This document shows, in pieces, positions 52,533 to 64,000 of a stretch of DNA of 64,000 nucleotides. Below the pieces are notes generated by a model. It had not been told where the DNA came from. It made no database searches and saw only the letters and a program-made list of their open reading frames with translations. This stretch comes from Podarcis tiliguerta (taxonomy: Eukaryota). Each line of letters begins with the position of its first letter. The stretch's first letter is position 1. The stretch is from the NCBI GenBank assembly GCA_965153285.1, contig OZ229121.1; one strand, given 5' to 3'. The position numbers and the translations under genes are program-made.

Positions 52533-53379
52533 TAATTAAAATTGTGTAATGATTATATTTTCTAAAACTTAAAATGTGGAACTAATTCAGTGATATCTTA
52601 CCCTTCCTTATTGAAAGCAGTGATTCTACGTTTGATGGATAGGGCATCTGTGGCCCTCAATATGTTGCTACAGCTCCCATCATTCTTCACCATTGGCTGT
52701 GCTAGTTAGTGTCAGTAGTAACCCTTTAGAGTCGTTTCCTCAGTGCAAAGTTATACCAAGCAGTTAGGTTTTCAAAGAGCTGCGTTTTGTGGCTGTCAGT
52801 TTCATCAGATAAATGCTGGGTGCCGTATTACCCCACTCTCCTTCCCTGAACTCTCCAGTTCTTCCACTTTGGGGTTACCTTCCTGCTGTTGTAAGGTGCA
52901 GGGCTAGACAAAGTAGAGTGCACTCAGTCTTTGTGTTTACGCTTCTTCCTGGTTGCTTGTTGCTCTGTGATTATTGGAGCTGCTCTGGGTATGTTTACTT
53001 GACCCTGTTACATCAAAAGACTTAGAAGAAATTAGTCTGAAATTCCTTTTGAGTATCCCAGAAATGAGTTTAAGATGAAAACAGTAGTGGACACCAGGGT
53101 GGGACACCACCAGTCAGTTGTGTTACTGCTGTTTATCAGGAGGTATAAAACGAGGGGTGAGGTTGGCATGGTGCAAATGGTGGAGCAAATCCAGCGCACT
53201 TGTTGCCAAACTCCCCATGGCTTCATCTCTCCCCCTCTTCCTCCCAGTAAGCAGTAACATTACTAACTGGAGGTCAGATGAGTGATCTTACCCTGCAAGA
53301 CCATCCACTATTGGATAAAAAGGCTGCTGACTTTTGAAAGGATGTTTATTACAAAATCAGAGCAAATCACTATTCATGA

Positions 53380-53559
<180 letters not shown>

Positions 53560-54680
53560 TAATACTATTCAGGAACATTAAGACGGAGATGTTGTTCCAT
53601 TTATGAACCTGTGTAGGTTCCTTTGCTATTAATAGAGCTGTGAATATCTAATTTGTATAAGTCATTAATACAGTTACTTAGTAGAATAAGCAGTGAGACA
53701 TGCAGTAAGACATTGAAATGTACTTTCAGTTTAAAGATTATTGTGTCTAAGGAACTGAAATGTGTGGAGAGGCAGGTAGAATTTAATCTCAGAATCAGAC
53801 TAGGATAATCTCAGCCCTTGGTTTTTTCCCTTTGGTTAGGTTAAAGTTCTTGCTGCAGACCTTCTTCATTATAAATAAATTTTTAATGCTTTATTTCATA
53901 TTCATGTAAATCACTTAGTTATTTTTATCACGTGACTTATAAATTTTGTTAAATACATAAAAGTAAAATAAATAAAATGAACACTCTGATTAAATTTCAA
54001 ATCATATCCCAAGTGACTGTTCGGCTACAGTGGGTAGTCATCATAACCCACTTTGCTGGTCTATGGTTGTCTTCTGTGGACCTTTGTTGTATGATAGTGA
54101 GGAGTGGCTGCTGCAGCCACAGCATTTCAGAGGGGGGATGGAAGAAGATGATTAACTGACAATCTGTTAGGGCCTAACAGATGACATTAACTTTTTAGCT
54201 CCCCCCCCCCCAAAAAAAAAGTTGTCTTCTGCCAGTAGGTCAAATAGTATAGGGTTTTTGGGTGGGTGGGTGGGTGTTTAAACTATGAGAATGGCATAGA
54301 GGAAAGATTCCCCCACCCATTCTTGCTTCTGCCCAGATCCCTTTCTGTGGCTGCTTTTTCTTCCCAAAGGAAATGTCTCGGAATGTGATCTCAGATCTTC
54401 TGCATCTTGTTTAGTTTGTTTCCCCCCCCCCCCAATTGTATATCTTTTTATGAATTATAGGTGTAACTCAGTGTTTCTTGCTGTCAAGAGCCTTAAGCAA
54501 AACAGATGAAAAATTCCAGTTTTTAGAAATCAATTGGTATAATACTGACAATTTCCCATTATTATTATGTTCTCTTAAATGGACTTGTAATAACTCTTGG
54601 CTCATGCAAATAAAATTATTACTTAATTGTTCTGATGCTTATTCAAGTTTTACTGAAATCTTATCTACTTATGTTTCTAG

Positions 54681-54764
54681 GAAGACCTCCGTTCTTCTCC
54701 AACAGTGTTACTGAATTAGCAGAACAGATTTTACATGAAGATCCTTTCCCACCTACACAGCAAG
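54681..54764 (+). CDS. ULK4: ULK4 exon 7
   Basis: ctag|RPPFFSNSVTELAEQILHEDPFPPTQQ G|gtattg; 84 nt. Confidence 0.95.
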
Positions 54765-54956
54765 GTATTGTTCCTTAGATAAATGATGGTGAAAATAATT
54801 TTAAAAGTTTATAAAATGGGACAAATGAGTGAATGATTCCATACATTCCCTCCTTACGAAGTTAATATATGAATTATTTTATGTTGCTGTTTTTAGATTT
54901 TGGTAGTTAGTAGAATCATATTTGTTTCAAAATAGAATAGTTTCGTTATCTTACAG

Positions 54957-55032
54957 GATCAGCACCTCTAGAACCATCATCAGACTTCCTTAACTTGGTT
55001 GATTCTTTACTTCAGAAGGATCCTCAGAAGAG
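54957..55032 (+). CDS. ULK4: ULK4 exon 8
   Basis: acag|SAPLEPSSDFLNLVDSLLQKDPQK AG|gtaaaa; 76 nt. Confidence 0.95.
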
Positions 55033-55169
55033 GTAAAATTATGATTTGAAGATCTGGCTATTTATTAATGATACACCCTGATTAAAAAAAATCAAATCTA
55101 GAAGTTTGTGGAATTTAAATTGGTACTGTATGAGAGGATTGTATATGTATTTTCCTATTTTATTTAAAG

Positions 55170-55265
55170 ATTGACTTGGGCCAAGCTGCTGCAACATCCT
55201 TTCTGGAAAGATGCTTTTATCCAAATTCCCAGTGACACGATCTCCAGCCAAGAAACAAGCTCCAG
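55170..55265 (+). CDS. ULK4: ULK4 exon 9
   Basis: aaag|LTWAKLLQHPFWKDAFIQIPSDTISSQETSS AG|gtacag; end of kinase fold. Confidence 0.93.
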
Positions 55266-55699
55266 GTACAGTAGACTCAGTTTAAAATTAATTTGGAATT
55301 TGGAATTCTGTTGCTTAACAAACTTATTGTGAGAAGGATGTATGCATGAGGCTAAAGATTTCTGACAAAGTGGGTTCTGTCTCTTGAATACTTTTGCCAC
55401 AACATGGCTAGTTTTTAAGATGTCACAAGATTCCCTCCCTCTTTTTGCTGCAACAGAACAATATGGCTTCACCCTTGGCTATAGCCCTGTTTTTAGAGAG
55501 CTGCTGTCCTGCAACCCATTAGCAGTGTAGCTGATATCCTTGGACAACATAAATGAATTAAATAAAAAATTGCTTGTCTATATATATATATAAGTAAAAA
55601 AATAATTTTGCCATTGTTTAAGGATCTGTCCAGAATAAAATGCAGAGAAATTTGCATTGCCTGCAAAGTACATTTCATTGTCAATTGTTTGAACAGCAG

Positions 55700-55818
55700 G
55701 AAAAAGGCTGAACTGCTTGAACCTGGAGAGTCTGAGATTCAATTAGAGTGTAAAAGCCTCCCAGACATAGTGTTGCCAAGAACAGAAAACAATCAACTTA
55801 ACAGATCTTTCAAGCTGG
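55700..55818 (+). CDS. ULK4: ULK4 exon 10 (CAGCAG tandem acceptor; alternative start 55697)
   Basis: KKAELLEPGESEIQLECKSLPDIVLPRTENNQLNRSFKL G|gtaaga; divergent linker, but phases fit both neighbours and the end resembles human HSFRL. Confidence 0.85.
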
Positions 55819-56489
55819 GTAAGATTGCACCTTCGTTTTATGTATTGGTTCAGGAACTGGGAACTGTTTTGGTTTCTTGAGCCAGATTCTTACCAAAATA
55901 GGCCTCATGGGCCAAATTTGACGGGTGGATGGGGGCCACTTACCTGCTAGTCACTATTATGATAACACATGATTGACAGGTGTTTTGTCCTGCCCACCTG
56001 TTACAATGACTTGTTCAGGGTCCTGTCGGGACCTGGGGAACCACTGCAGAAGTGGCTTGTTAGCCCTATTGCTTGGCTCTTCCCAAAGCAGCAAACATGG
56101 GCTAGCAAAGAGATTCTTTTCCCATCTTTATGGGGCATGGGGACAAGGAAGCTGGTATTCTATAGGCATCCACTGTGTGCAAGAGAGGTCCATCTCACTG
56201 CTGATCTAAAAAGTAGGCTTCTTCCCCCTGCGTTTCACACATCAGCTGAGAAAAAGGCTTTTTCTCTCACACAGAGTAACTTGAATAGCAGTTATTTATG
56301 TCAGTGCAGGTTCATGGAGGGCTAGTGGAAAGCGTGGGGGCAAGAAGAGAATGAACAAAGGGCTAAGAAGAGGGGGTGCAGAGTGAGAGATTCAAAAGCA
56401 CCTGCCAGGAAATTACATTTGTTAGTCCTGATTGAGCAATTGACAGGTGGGTGTTGGTTAATGAAAACAGCTTTGGGGGCGACCATGTA

Positions 56490-56733
56490 CAGCCGTACCT
56501 TGGATCCCAAACGCCTTGCAAGTCAAACGTTTTGGCTCCTGAACGCTGCAAAAGTGAATGTTTCAGTTTGCGAATGGTCTTTGGAACCCAAACATCCAAC
56601 GTGGCTTCCATGGCTTCTGATTGGCTGCAGGATCTTCCTGCAGCCAATTAGAAGCCGCGTCTTGGTTTGCGAACATTTTGGAAATTGAATGGACTTCTGG
56701 AATGGATTCTGTTCGACTTCCGAGGTACCACTG
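56490..56733. mobile_element. Tc1/mariner MITE family D
   Basis: TA|CAGCCGTACCTTGGA...TCCGAGGTACCACTG|TA; internal palindrome. Confidence 0.82.
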
Positions 56734-56816
56734 TAATGTAAAACTGAGAACTAAAATGCATGCTTGAAACATTACAATTGTAAATAGTAAATAGTTACAA
56801 TATTTTCTTTGTCAAG

Positions 56817-56886
56817 AAAATCCAGAAGAACTACGCCCTAAAAGTGCTGTTGATGGTGAATCAAATGAATCTATATTTCTACTCAG
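56817..56886 (+). CDS. ULK4: ULK4 exon 11
   Basis: caag|NPEELRPKSAVDGESNESIFLL AG|gtatga; 70 nt. Confidence 0.93.
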
Positions 56887-56991
56887 GTATGAAGACAGGA
56901 CAACACTTTTAAATGAAGTTGTAGAAAATAATTCAGATAATTTGCATTTAAGTATTCAGTTTTATATAAACATGTGTATATTGTCTTTCAG

Positions 56992-57097
56992 TTCTCGACC
57001 CACCCCTAGAACTACCACCACAGTGGAAATAAACAATGCTGCTGCTGTTCTAGCTACAAATTCTGCACACACATCATCTCCAAGTCCTTCAGCAAAG
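56992..57097 (+). CDS. ULK4: ULK4 exon 12
   Basis: ttcag|SRPTPRTTTTVEINNAAAVLATNSAHTSSPSPSAK|gtgagt. Confidence 0.92.
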
Positions 57098-57356
57098 GTG
57101 AGTGTAGTTTGAAGGAAACGGAAGCAAGAGACTGAATTCCATATGACTGCTATAGAAAAACAGAAGAGGAAGAGCTGTCAAATCACAACTAGGAAAAAAT
57201 TGCATTACTGAAGCCAAGGATGGTGGGAAAATAATTGACAGTGTCAGAAGAGGCACACAGATTGAGAAGAGTGAGGATGATGATGAGGCCCTTATATTTA
57301 ACTAGAAAACAGCAATTGATAATTCCTGTTAAAACTAGATTTGGTGGAATAAATTA

Positions 57357-57768
57357 CCGTATTTTTCGCTCTGTAGGATGCATTTATTCCCCTCCAAAAA
57401 TGAAGGGGAAATGTGTGTGCATCCTATGGAGCGAATGCAGGCTTCAGGCAGCTATCCATAAACCTTCAGAGCGTGGCAGGAGTTCCCGCCGGGCTCAGAA
57501 GGCTTGGGGACAGCAGCAAGCTCCGGGAGCGAAGGCGAAGTTGTGCGCAACCTTGCCCCCGCTCCCGGACCCGTTCTGGGGTTGGGGGAAGCTCAGGCTT
57601 CCCCCGCCCCAGCCCCGCGGCTAAAAATGAAGCCAAGACAGCTAGCAGGATCCATCCCGCTCGCTGTCTTGGCTTCTTTGCTCTTTGAATTCCCCCCCCC
57701 TTTATTTCCCCCCCTAAAATCTAGGTGCGCCCTATGGTCCGGTGTGCCCTATAGAGCAAAAAATACGG
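57357..57768. mobile_element. Tc2/pogo-like MITE (CCGTATTTTT TIR) with GC-rich interior
   Basis: TA|CCGTATTTTTCGCTC...GAGCAAAAAATACGG|TA. Confidence 0.85.
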
Positions 57769-57924
57769 TAAACAGAAACTAGTGATGGAGATTATCAGAG
57801 AGCTGAAGGCAAAGAAGCAGTAGTACAGCCCAATCTTAGTCCTTTGTACAGAAGGAAATCTTATTTATTTCAGAGGGGCTTATTACTAACTATAAATGTT
57901 TAGGATTCTGTAATGGATGCTGTA

Positions 57925-58222
57925 GGTGAGCGCCTGTCGCCTTGTCCCAGCTCCTGCCAACCTAGCAGTTTGAAAGCATACCAGTGTGAGTAGATAAATA
58001 GGTACTGCTGTGGCAGGAAGGTAAATGGCGTTTCCGTGCACTCTGGCCTCCATCGAGGTGTCCCATTGCACCAGAAGCGGTTTAGTCATGCTGGCCGCAT
58101 GACCTGAAAAGCTGTCTGTGGACAAACACTGGCTCAGCCTGAAAGCAGGGATGAGTGCTGCACCCCATAGCCTAATTCGACTGGACTTAACCATCCAAGG
58201 GTCCTTTACATTTTTTACTTTT
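57925..58222 (+). mobile_element. Sauria SINE, 5'-truncated
   Basis: Matches the 3' two-thirds of the 7936 copy including the tail. Confidence 0.85.
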
Positions 58223-58813
58223 AGTATAAAAGTTGCACCCTCAATAAGCTTTGAAGTAGAAGTTAGATGGGATGGTAGCATGAAGAAAACAGGAAGTATA
58301 TTCATTCCAGCCTGAAAACTATGTTATATGATGAAGAAGAGAGAATGTAAAAAAGAAAAGAATGAGGGGTTACAAAACAGAAGGTGGTGGAGTAAAATGT
58401 GGAAAAAATGAAGCCGTTGAATGAAACAAGCAAGAATACTGAAGGATCAGAATATATTTACAGTGGAATATATCTGAGTGATTTTTTTTACATAACAAGC
58501 AAATTATTGCACAAGATTATGATAGCATTCTTGTACATCAGGAAATGGTGAGAAAAAATTCAGCTGTTTAATTGATAGGTCCTAATGTACTTTTCTAGAT
58601 AATGGGATTCATTACTTTCACACATATCTCAAGAATCAATATTGTCACTCTAGGAAACCAATGAATTAATTCTACTGCCTGCGTTAATATCCTTTGGAGT
58701 TGACAAGGAAGCCTTCTGGCGCCTTTTAATAATAAATGCAGGAGTTGCACAATGTTTGCTGCATTTAAAATGTATGTCATTGTAAATACTACTACTATTT
58801 GCTTATATTCTAG

Positions 58814-58918
58814 GATAAAAACATATGCTGCAGCCAGCAGGATATAGAGTCCAAAGTGAAAGAGCTTATCTTCTTGGAGTCTGACCTTATTGTCACCCCT
58901 GTAATTGATAATCCAAAG
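58814..58918 (+). CDS. ULK4: ULK4 exon 13
   Basis: ctag|DKNICCSQQDIESKVKELIFLESDLIVTPVIDNPK|gtacta; 105 nt. Confidence 0.94.
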
Positions 58919-58993
58919 GTACTATTTGAACTTACCATACATTACTTTTCAAATAATATGTTCAGGAATTTATAGTGTTTTTTGTTATCCGTT

Positions 58994-59133
58994 GCACTAG
59001 CTCAGTCGGTAGAGAGTGAGACTCTTAATATCAGGGTTGTGTATTGAACCCCATGTTGGGCAAAATGTTTCTTCATTGCCGGGGGTTGGACTAGATGACC
59101 CTCTTGGTCCCCCATAAAATCTACAATTTTATG
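58994..59133 (+). mobile_element. tRNA-Lys(CTT)-derived SINE with CR1 3' tail
   Basis: CTAGCTCAGTCGGTAGAG...GAGACTCTTAAT head, same tail. Confidence 0.85.
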
Positions 59134-60396
59134 GTTTTACAGGGATTAATCTTCAACTATTTTACTCCCACCTAGTGGCCATACCTGGTTCCTGCAGGTT
59201 TACACTAAATTGTTATACTAAGCAAATGGACAGTTTTGGTATCAGTTGATAGCACTCACATTAATGCAAGCCTCCACACCAGCAGTCACAAACCTTTTTT
59301 TCTCTGGGGGCACAATTGGAATTTTGAGAAGGTGTTGAGGGCAACCAGTCACAACACAGCTACTTTTGGTATAACACAAAATGGCTGCCACCACCAAAAG
59401 AACAGAAAAAGAAGATAGACAGGAACATAAAATGGTTCAAATATGGAAAAACATACTCATTTTATTTTTGTTAACAAGATACGTTTGAAAAACCTTCTTT
59501 TCCATTTACTGTTAAGTTTTGGTGGTTGTCTGTTGCTGCCGTGCTGCTGTGGATTAGAGCTAGAAAATAAAAGATAACTGAATAAGTCAAAGCACCTAGA
59601 ATCAAGAATGATGTTTTCATTTGTGGTAATTAGGTTTTAAAATAGCCTTGGGCAAAATGACAAGTTCAGATATATTGGATCAGATATGGCATTGCATATT
59701 CACAAAAGGTCTAACTAAAACAATCTGTCAAAACGTAGGTGAGAATCATTACAATATATAAGTGGTATTGACTCTAGATAGCTTGTTAAGAATACTGTAT
59801 ACCAAAAAGAAAGCCACAGATCAGTGCTGGAGGTAAACTCAAAATATGGGCCTCCCTGAAAATTAACTTGCTTTGGAAAAAGTTAACTATACTTTGTTCA
59901 CATTGACTGTATTATTTCGGTTATACCCACTGTGGAGAACCTAATTAAATCTGGCACAGGTTCCAGTTTGGCCTATGAGACCATTCCCGGAAATCAATCC
60001 CACCTGTTGCCATATATGATGTCAGGTGTGGGGCAGGTATGGATTTGGCTACAAAGGAATAATTGAGAACTTCATGTTTTCTCCCAGTTGTTCTTTGCCT
60101 GTGGGGTTCCCTGTCAGTGCCATTGAGCTATTAACACCAACAGGGAACTCCACTGGAATTGGCTTCACTGAGGAGTTTCTCCATTTTGAGGAAGTGTTTT
60201 GGAAATCAATCTGCTTCCTTTTGTAGCTTGTTCAGTGACTTCCTACTGGTCATAAAGTTTGTGTATTTATAGCTGAAATATTGACAGCTCATTGTTTATT
60301 ATGGTAGAAAGTGTTTTATTTGAGGAGAGGTGCATAGTGTACCCTTGGTCTATGAGATATTCAGAATTGCCTCAAGTCAAACATTTTTTCTCTCAG

Positions 60397-60457
60397 ATAG
60401 TGAAGCAACCACCAGTGAGATTTGATGTGAAAACTTTACACGTACCAGCACATTCAG
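60397..60457 (+). CDS. ULK4: ULK4 exon 14
   Basis: ctcag|IVKQPPVRFDVKTLHVPAHS G|gtacac; 61 nt. Confidence 0.94.
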
Positions 60458-60821
60458 GTACACTTTGCTAAAGTATTATAGGCAACTTGCCATTTACAAT
60501 AAAATATTATTCTTTAATACTCAAAAATGTCTTAGCATTCATTTAACACTGTTGTTCTCATGTCTGTGTGTTTTGCATCTACTCCCAACTCTCACAAATG
60601 TTGATATATAGGATGCATGCCCAAGCAAGAAGGGACAGCTGCTATAATTAATTGTCATTTTAAATTATATTGAACATAGTTTTGAGATCACAGCTGTATG
60701 TCTCATTGCAGACCATGTTTGGCATGCTGTATTTTTGGCTCACAAGGAACAGTGTAACAGGACCAGAGTAATAATCCAATTCAATATAAGCTAGCAAAAA
60801 AAGTAGTTTTTTCGCAATGTA

Positions 60822-60992
60822 CCGTATTTTTACATCTATAAGACACCCCATGTATAAGACGTCCCCTATTTTGGGGGACTCGGGTTTAAGAAAATGGGAA
60901 GGGAGATCTATCTGTGTATAAGAAACCCCCCCCCCCAATTTTGGACATTATTTTTTAGGAAAAACCCTAGTCTTATACACGGAAAAATAAGG
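60822..60992. mobile_element. Tc2/pogo-like MITE
   Basis: TA|CCGTATTTTT...AAAAATAAGG|TA. Confidence 0.8.
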
Positions 60993-61489
60993 TAATTTTA
61001 TATATGCCTAGGTAGAAGGAAGTTCTATTGAGTTTTGTTGGACTTATTTCTGTTTCTAATACAATTGCAACCTAAGTCACTTATACCTCTATTTTATGCT
61101 TTACTCAAATGATTATGCGTCAGGTGACCTAGTCACACTGTGGTGTGTCCTGCGTGATATATTTATACCTAAAGCACATAGTCTAAAACACATTTATAGG
61201 GTAGATTCTTACTGACCATCACTAAGTTTTATAAAACAATGATGCTGCTCCAGCAGCTATTGCAGCATGCTTTTAGTACTATATTAAGCCGCTGTTTATA
61301 GAAACAAAAGATCACTATCAGCATACTAACTTTCTTCCTGAGGAGCACTTCCTTACGTACTATTTAGAGGCATTGTCAAGATTTTCTGCTATGTGGATTT
61401 GAGCCAAAGTTTTGGGGATCTTGTGACAAGTCAGATCCTTGCTTTGTTTTGCTTCCTGCCTAAAGGCAAGTCTGGAATAATAATATATC

Positions 61490-62000
61490 TTCTTTTTGTT
61501 GTTTCTTTATTTTGCATACCACCCTTCATCTGAAGATCACCCGGGGGGGGGGGGGTGATTCACAACGTAAAAATACAAAACAAGAACACAAAATACGTTA
61601 CAGAAAACAGAAACAAACCAATAACCCCCTCCACCACAAACACATTTAAAAGGCCGTAAATGGTTTAATCAACCAAAGCCCTGGTTCTTGAGAAACATTG
61701 CCCTCTGGCTCCCAAAGAGATATATGAAGGAGCCTGGCAGACTTCCCTGGGGAGAGCATTCCACAGATGGGGAGCCATTGCAGAAAAGGCCTATTCTTGT
61801 GTTGCCACCTTTCAGAACTCTCATGAAGAAGTCACACGAAGAAAGACCTCAGATGATCACAGGGTGCAGGTTGGTTCATTTGAGGAAAAGCGGTCCTTGA
61901 GGTATTGTGGTCCTGAGCTGTTTAAGGCTTTATAGGTCAAAACCAGCACTCTAAACTGGGCCCAGAAACTAACTGGCTGCCAGTGCAGTCGGGCCAGGAC
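61490..62000 (-). mobile_element. L2 LINE 3' fragment, decayed
   Basis: Minus-strand LARLHW...VLTYK-like sequence and L2-type tail. Confidence 0.7.
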
Positions 62001-62131
62001 ATACATTGTATGTTCACAACAAGCTTTTTCAGGGGTTCAAGTAGGGAGAAATAACTATACTGTGTTTCAGTATTGGGTCTTGGAAATTATATTCCCAACA
62101 AGTGCTCTTAAAACATTATTTTTCTTTCCAG

Positions 62132-62313
62132 CTGATAAATTGTTGATACTAAAAGAAGATGACTGGAACGACTTCTTACACCAAGTATGTCAGCTGACTG
62201 ACTCCCCAGAGAAGAGCACAGGGGCAGCCAGAGTTAAACTGAATTTACTTTGCTACCTCTGCACTGTTGTTGGCAATAAGGAAGTAGCCACTAAGTTAAT
62301 CAGCACACAGCTG
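62132..62313 (+). CDS. ULK4: ULK4 exon 15
   Basis: ccag|DKLLILKEDDWNDFLHQVCQLTDSPEKSTGAARVKLNLLCYLCTVVGNKEVATKLISTQL|gtaagt; 182 nt. Confidence 0.95.
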
Positions 62314-62438
62314 GTAAGTAACACTGCTAGAGCCCGCAAGCTGACATGCCAGCAAATATGGCAAAAGTCAGCTACCTTTTGCTAGGGTGTAAGAAGAATT
62401 AGTGCATAACAAGAATGAAGAACGTTAACGTTCTAATC

Positions 62439-62795
62439 GTTGTTTAGTCGTGTCTGACTCTTTGTGGCTCCATGGACCAGAGCATGCCAGGCACTCCTGT
62501 CTTCCACTGCCTCCCGCAGTTTGGTCAAACTCATGTTGGTAGCTTTGAGAACACTGTCCAACCATCTCGTCCTCTGTCGTCCCCTTCTCCTTGCGCCCTC
62601 CATCTTCCCCAGCATCAGGGTTGTTCCAGGGAGTCTTCTCTTCTCATGAGGTGGCCAAAGTATTGGAGCCTCAGCTTCAGGATCTGTCCTTCCAGTGAGC
62701 ACTCAGGGCTGATTTCCTTAAGAATGGAGAGGTTTGATCTTCTTGCAGTCCATGGAACTCTGAAGAGTCTTTTCCAGCACCATAATTCAAAAGCA
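62439..62795 (-). mobile_element. BovB (RTE) LINE 3' fragment
   Basis: GRTDPEAEAPILWPP...LMLGKMEG.RRRGRQRTRWLD matches the BovB 3' end; TSD TCTAATC. Confidence 0.9.
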
Positions 62796-63161
62796 TCTAA
62801 TCATACTTCTGGATAAAGCATTGTATACATTGATTGTGTGCAGGCTGCCAAATGACTTTTATTATTTGGGATGGATAGGTTGAACAAGGATTAGAAATAC
62901 TAAAATACTTTACACAGTTCTGCATTAATTTTTTTAAAAGCATGAGCACAATCAAGAGGACTGTGTGCCTTTCTAGTGCACGCATGGAGCTCTTGGTATG
63001 TTGTGATATGGCTGATTTCATCAATTTGGCTGTATTTGGATAATCATTCAAGGTCATTTTGCGAAACTGTGTATGAGCATCATCACTGTGTGTTCCTAGA
63101 TCGTGGCTTAAGTATGAGGTAAGGGGTGTAGGTTGGATGTGGGTGGCGCTGTGGTCTGAAA

Positions 63162-63382
63162 AATTTAAAAGCAGCCCAAACAAAGCAGAAAACCTGGTAC
63201 GACGAAAAGGCCAGAGTAAGAACTTTTGAACCCAGTAGTGAAGTGTTGCTGTTGAGACCAACCAAGGAAATAAAATGCAACTAGCATGGTAGGGACCGTA
63301 CAAAATCGTGTCCGAAATGAGTGATGTAAATTACGTAATCCAACAATGGGAAGAAGGGCGTAAGGTGGTTCATGTGAACATC
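63162..63382 (+). mobile_element. Gypsy/Ty3 integrase C-terminal (GPY/F) fragment
   Basis: NLKAAQTKQKTWYDEKARVRTFEP..EVLLL / NKMQLAW*GPYKIVSEMSDVNYVI...KVVHVN; one frameshift and one stop. Confidence 0.82.
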
Positions 63383-63712
63383 TTTTGGTTCACTTTTAAC
63401 AACTGACTGGACTCAGTGTTTTACCAGAGAGTAACTGGTTGGTGGCAGCGGGGAAGCAACCACAGTGGTGGCACAGGGATCAAACGTCCGGGTACCCTGT
63501 GTGATTGCCACACTAACCTTCTGCAATATATACAACAACAAAGGTGCAATAGAAAATTGAGTCCCATAACAAATAAAAAACCAGTCATTTTTTGCAAGGT
63601 CTTTGCGCTTTGTAGTAGAACTATTAACCCTAAATATGCTATACTTTTTGGTGGTGAACTAAATCACAGTGATTAATTTTGTACTTTTTTGTGTGTTTAT
63701 TTTAAAATCTAG

Positions 63713-63759
63713 TTCCCTGTGCTACTACAACAGTTGCGGATAGCTCCAAACTGGGACAT
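63713..63759 (+). CDS. ULK4: ULK4 exon 16 (gene continues beyond window)
   Basis: ctag|FPVLLQQLRIAPNWD AT|gtaagt; 47 nt. Confidence 0.93.
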
Positions 63760-64000
63760 GTAAGTGACAACCAGCATCTGTCTGGGTATCTTCAAATATT
63801 GGCCACAAACCTGCCTCTGCTGAGTTCATGCAGGAGAACAAACCACACACCGTGCAAAGGATCAAGGAAAGGCATATACATTTCCTTCATTCTGGTCTCT
63901 GAATAGAGTAGGTTTGCTACCAAAGCAAGGACTGCCACCAACCCTGTCATACAAGAACCTGGGCCTTGGCTCCTGCATGTGGTCTGTTATTGTCTGGAGC

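Overview
Vertebrate nuclear DNA, very probably from a squamate (likely a lacertid lizard), judged from Sauria SINEs, tRNA/CR1 SINEs, BovB, CR1, L2, L1 and many Tc1/mariner-type and hAT MITEs. The right part holds the 5' portion of ULK4 (pseudokinase) on the + strand: a CpG-island promoter with RFX X-boxes (~46.3-47.4 kb) and 15 coding exons (49217-63759). All introns are GT-AG and the exons join into one open frame of 528 codons that continues past the window. A second CpG island (~39.6-40.7 kb) and a well-formed minus-strand exon at 21208-21321 fit the 5' end of the divergent neighbour TRAK1; that name rests on ULK4-TRAK1 synteny, and no conserved TRAK1 coding exon is recognisable here. The rest is TE-rich intron or intergenic sequence. 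I found no convincing new multi-gene system. The best leads are an unexplained 45-bp-stem hairpin at 30162-30263, inverted MITE pairs (one bracketing ULK4 exon 3), SINEs with two different tRNA heads on one CR1 tail, and an orphan Gypsy integrase fragment.
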